DNA of 64,000 bases from Paraphysomonas bandaiensis (lineage: Eukaryota > Protista > Chrysophyceae). Each line of letters opens with the position of its first letter. Positions within the stretch are counted from its first letter, which is position 1. The stretch spans positions 138,355 to 202,354 of the forward strand of contig CBFFRP010000017.1 of the NCBI GenBank assembly GCA_965644295.1. Reading direction: 5' to 3'. The notes under the pieces are model-generated. The model was given only the letters and a program-made list of their open reading frames with translations, ran no database searches and was not told the DNA's origin. The translations under genes and the position numbers were made by a program. This document shows positions 62,201-64,000 of the stretch, piece by piece.

Positions 62201-63737
62201 GGCCAAGTCTTTTGTGCCATAGAATTCGCTGGTCATCAAACCCCTGCTCCTCAAGTGCTGCTGAGGATTCTTCTCCAAGCTGAAGTAAGTCTTCGAGTCG
62301 AACTGGATATAATCCATTAACACTTCTCTGTCTAATGAGTGTCTTGTTCGTAGTCTTATTTCGAATGACGACTTCATCATTATCGAACGTCACAACACAA
62401 CCCCTATCTGTGATGCTCTTCATATCTACGAGGTTCTTACTTGCTTCAGGTGCGTAGTACACCTTTTTAAAGCTTCCTACATCGCCAACACTGTGTATTG
62501 ACAGTTTACCTTTGTTCGCTGTGGACATCTGCCTATCAGCGCGCTGAAGGTTGGTCATGTGGTTTTTGGAGGTAAGGATCATCTTGTTGCACCCGCTGTC
62601 TAAATAAATAACATCTGACATGCTCTGTGCTAGATTCACCTCTTCTTCCACACATATCATCGATTCGTATCCCGCTTCATCTTCTGAATCATGTACAGAC
62701 ACTCGCGGTTTCTTCTTGTTCTTGTAGGGTGCCGTTTCCCTTCTAGAGTCTCGCCCCTGTTTAGAACTGACCACTGCAGCTTTAGCAGTCTTCAAGTGGA
62801 AGCAGTCTTTAGTCTGATGGCCTGGGATGTCACATATCTCACACACAGGTAGCTTTGTTTTGTTATCACCCCTGTTTCTGTGATCTCTATCTTTTCTCTG
62901 TGATCTTGTCCCCTTCATCCTCTTTATGACATGCTCTGGAGTCTTGCACTCCCTAGCAAAGTGGCCAAGTTTCTTGCACTTATTGCATCTGCCCTTTCTC
63001 TTGTGCTCTTTCCATTTACTGTCATCCACTGCTTGATTGACACTGTCTTCCCCTGAATTTTGCAACGCATGCTTGCCGAATGATGTGTTTTCATACCCTT
63101 TGATTAGGCTGCTTGCTCTTGCGTATGTCACATCGTTTGCTGTATACAGGCTGTGTGCTAGTTGGGAATATCTCTTGTCTGTGAGACCTTCCTTTAGTCG
63201 AGTGAGCTTGTCGTCTTCCGTGACTTCACGACCTAGATTCTCGAGAATCTTGGCCTGGGCTTCAACGCTGTCGACGAACTCTGCTCCTGACTGACTTGAG
63301 GTAATCTTCATTGAATTGAACTTTGTGACCTCTGCCTGTACTGTATTCTTTTCAACATTGAGAAATCTCTCTTCCAGTGCCTGTAGTAACCCTTTTGCTG
63401 TACTTCCTTCGTAGAGAGCCGCTGTTGTGCCTGCTTTTGGGTGAGCATTGCACACTTCCATCAGGAAGGAGTACGCGGTCTCGTTCCGGGTGTTCCAGAG
63501 TTTCTTCGCTTTGCGTAGTCGCTTCTTCTGTGCATCAGTCATATGAGCTCCCGCTGGGACTGTAGAGTCTAGATCATGAATGTGCCTTGGTTTATCCTTT
63601 GAGAGGACAAGATGAGCTCGATTGTGTCTCATGAGGAATGAGGTGAAGAACTTCTTGAATTTCTTGAAGTTCAGTTCCTCGAAGGGAGGTACCTTTGAGC
63701 CTGAGGCGACATTCGTGAAATTTCCATCCGCTGCCAT
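59220..63737 (-). CDS. Copia gag-pol polyprotein, 1505 aa, uninterrupted
   Basis: CNKCKKLGHFAREC, CEICDIPGHQTKDC, YLDSGC, LWHKRLGH, YHADGAGE, NSLSERTN, YGLKQAP, YVDDI, YSDADWAGD, KHIRIKYHWIRE. Confidence 0.97.
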   Translation of the reverse strand: MAADGNFTNVASGSKVPPFEELNFKKFKKFFTSFLMRHNRAHLVLSKDKPRHIHDLDSTVPAGAHMTDAQKKRLRKAKKLWNTRNETAYSFLMEVCNAHPKAGTTAALYEGSTAKGLLQALEERFLNVEKNTVQAEVTKFNSMKITSSQSGAEFVDSVEAQAKILENLGREVTEDDKLTRLKEGLTDKRYSQLAHSLYTANDVTYARASSLIKGYENTSFGKHALQNSGEDSVNQAVDDSKWKEHKRKGRCNKCKKLGHFARECKTPEHVIKRMKGTRSQRKDRDHRNRGDNKTKLPVCEICDIPGHQTKDCFHLKTAKAAVVSSKQGRDSRRETAPYKNKKKPRVSVHDSEDEAGYESMICVEEEVNLAQSMSDVIYLDSGCNKMILTSKNHMTNLQRADRQMSTANKGKLSIHSVGDVGSFKKVYYAPEASKNLVDMKSITDRGCVVTFDNDEVVIRNKTTNKTLIRQRSVNGLYPVRLEDLLQLGEESSAALEEQGFDDQRILWHKRLGHVNYDKLTESDRRGLVDGINLDKKYFRKKHKKTICKCNTCMRSKLTRKNFRTPRQLMNLDNNPKERGVLSADTMEVLNTPSMEGYKHVLLFKHSDAKHVWAYGLKNKTGSEVLKCMKDMVETQLVKEGLQLRRYHADGAGELVGQHVRQYLRETTSTRTVQVTWTPRDTPEMNSLSERTNRTVKEMALAILLDSGMPSVFWFKAVLHAVYLINRLPTKTTKGYISPFEYITGTAPDVSDLKIWGCKAWAIVPKEQRRKEWKEKGKPGYYMGQCQQPVGHQIYIPDLNAIIVAVNAQFDESIPERSQEYFDEIDNLQIDTSETAESVNDYQYLVGLRHLDGHLCYVTTRVIERRGVIVAYRRLDMKGNTTEEQTPIHIKDVVKMTHSTKCQTDKFNSLRNELDQTCNDSDNEQRTPDRSNRGASSTGGADRNPRTEKRPRKKRHIVNVGVLGDVSLFLDSSNSTIKEPQTLAEAKKTPQRTYWIEATRKEVHKLERRTCWKIVRRPKHRKIIKSKLVFKVKRDHLGKIKKFKVRLVAKGFTQEQGVDYNETFSPVAKGVSFRLALALALRYNLQLRQLDVETAFPYADLDEDVFMSPPAGIDIPQGCCLKILKSLYGLKQAPRNWHSMLKDSIKAMGYKQCVLDPCLFVLKGTDDNLHMILVYVDDIIVLSSDSRHIEEVISAFKTQYAMQDMGDLKHYLGLTIERHNGQIKLHQSAYAKDVVARFNHLLSEKKRRCKATTPLPPGLKLSKDAKEEETRKQREYVDAFPYQSVIGALMYLAVHTRPDMAYTVNLLSRFTTRPTYAACQAALHTLLYLENTVDQGIIFPNFTDEDPLCVYSDADWAGDLDTCRSTTGYIVYLWGAPIAWQSRLQPTVATSTMEAEYMAAYAAIQEIVWIRGVMTELGIRGFELSKNASPTILNMDSKSAIDLAQNPVNHKRSKHIRIKYHWIREQVGGCIVRLNHVPTAEMTADVMTKALSEKLHYQHVHTMVSH

Positions 63738-64000
63738 ATTAATTTACGCTTTTAGTTAGTGCAATATTGACTGATTGATATTATAGGAGATATAGTAAGT
63801 TTATGATGTTGTAGCCCTGTGAGTTAGGAACCACGTCATTCACCAACATCAACATTCTGTTCTACAAATCATATCTTTAACAGCTACTATATTTTCAGTT
63901 TCTTTGTATACTTGTAATAGCTACTCCTATACTGTAGTCATGTATATTCTGTATTTCATTGCTACATAGAATACAGGATAACTACTAGCGATTGACTTTA
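63737..64000 (-). repeat. 5' LTR of copia element 2 (partial)
   Basis: Matches 58865-59128. Confidence 0.95.

Larger units (their letters stand above)
58865..64000 (-). mobile_element. Ty1/copia LTR retrotransposon, intact (element 2); 5' LTR runs off the window
   Basis: 3' LTR 58865-59171; PPT GAGTGGGAG at 59172-59180; the 5' LTR from 63737 appears identical over the 264 visible bp; PBS TGGCAGCGGATGG. Confidence 0.97.

Overview
Eukaryotic nuclear DNA from a flagellated stramenopile, probably a chrysophyte-like ochrophyte. Evidence: a tubular mastigoneme protein, RRL-motif surface proteins and short (~45-65 nt) GT-AG introns. About 11 host genes are present: ADP/ATP carrier, PX-like protein, WDHD1/Ctf4, Sec14, a REJ/polycystin-like giant, a CaMK/CDPK-like kinase, mastigoneme protein, CCDC96/CFAP184-like, a Rossmann-fold protein, YeeE/YedE and an MFS transporter. 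They alternate with transposon-rich spacers containing two full-length Ty1/copia elements, a third copia relic, two solo LTRs, a hAT non-autonomous element, PIF/Harbinger relics, at least four 3' fragments of one non-LTR family and a Crypton-like repeat. Main findings: (1) in three divergent copia families the Gag AUG is built from the last LTR base plus the first two bases of the tRNA primer-binding site, so the PBS encodes M-[VA]-A-D-G; (2) a young intact copia has TA...TA LTR ends; (3) a LINE family has a conserved KGRPPD C-terminus and a GNRA-capped 3' UTR hairpin; (4) an intact spliced Harbinger partner gene lies beside a dead transposase; (5) alternating purine-pyrimidine islands mark gene 5' ends. 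All homology calls are by eye; no searches were run.
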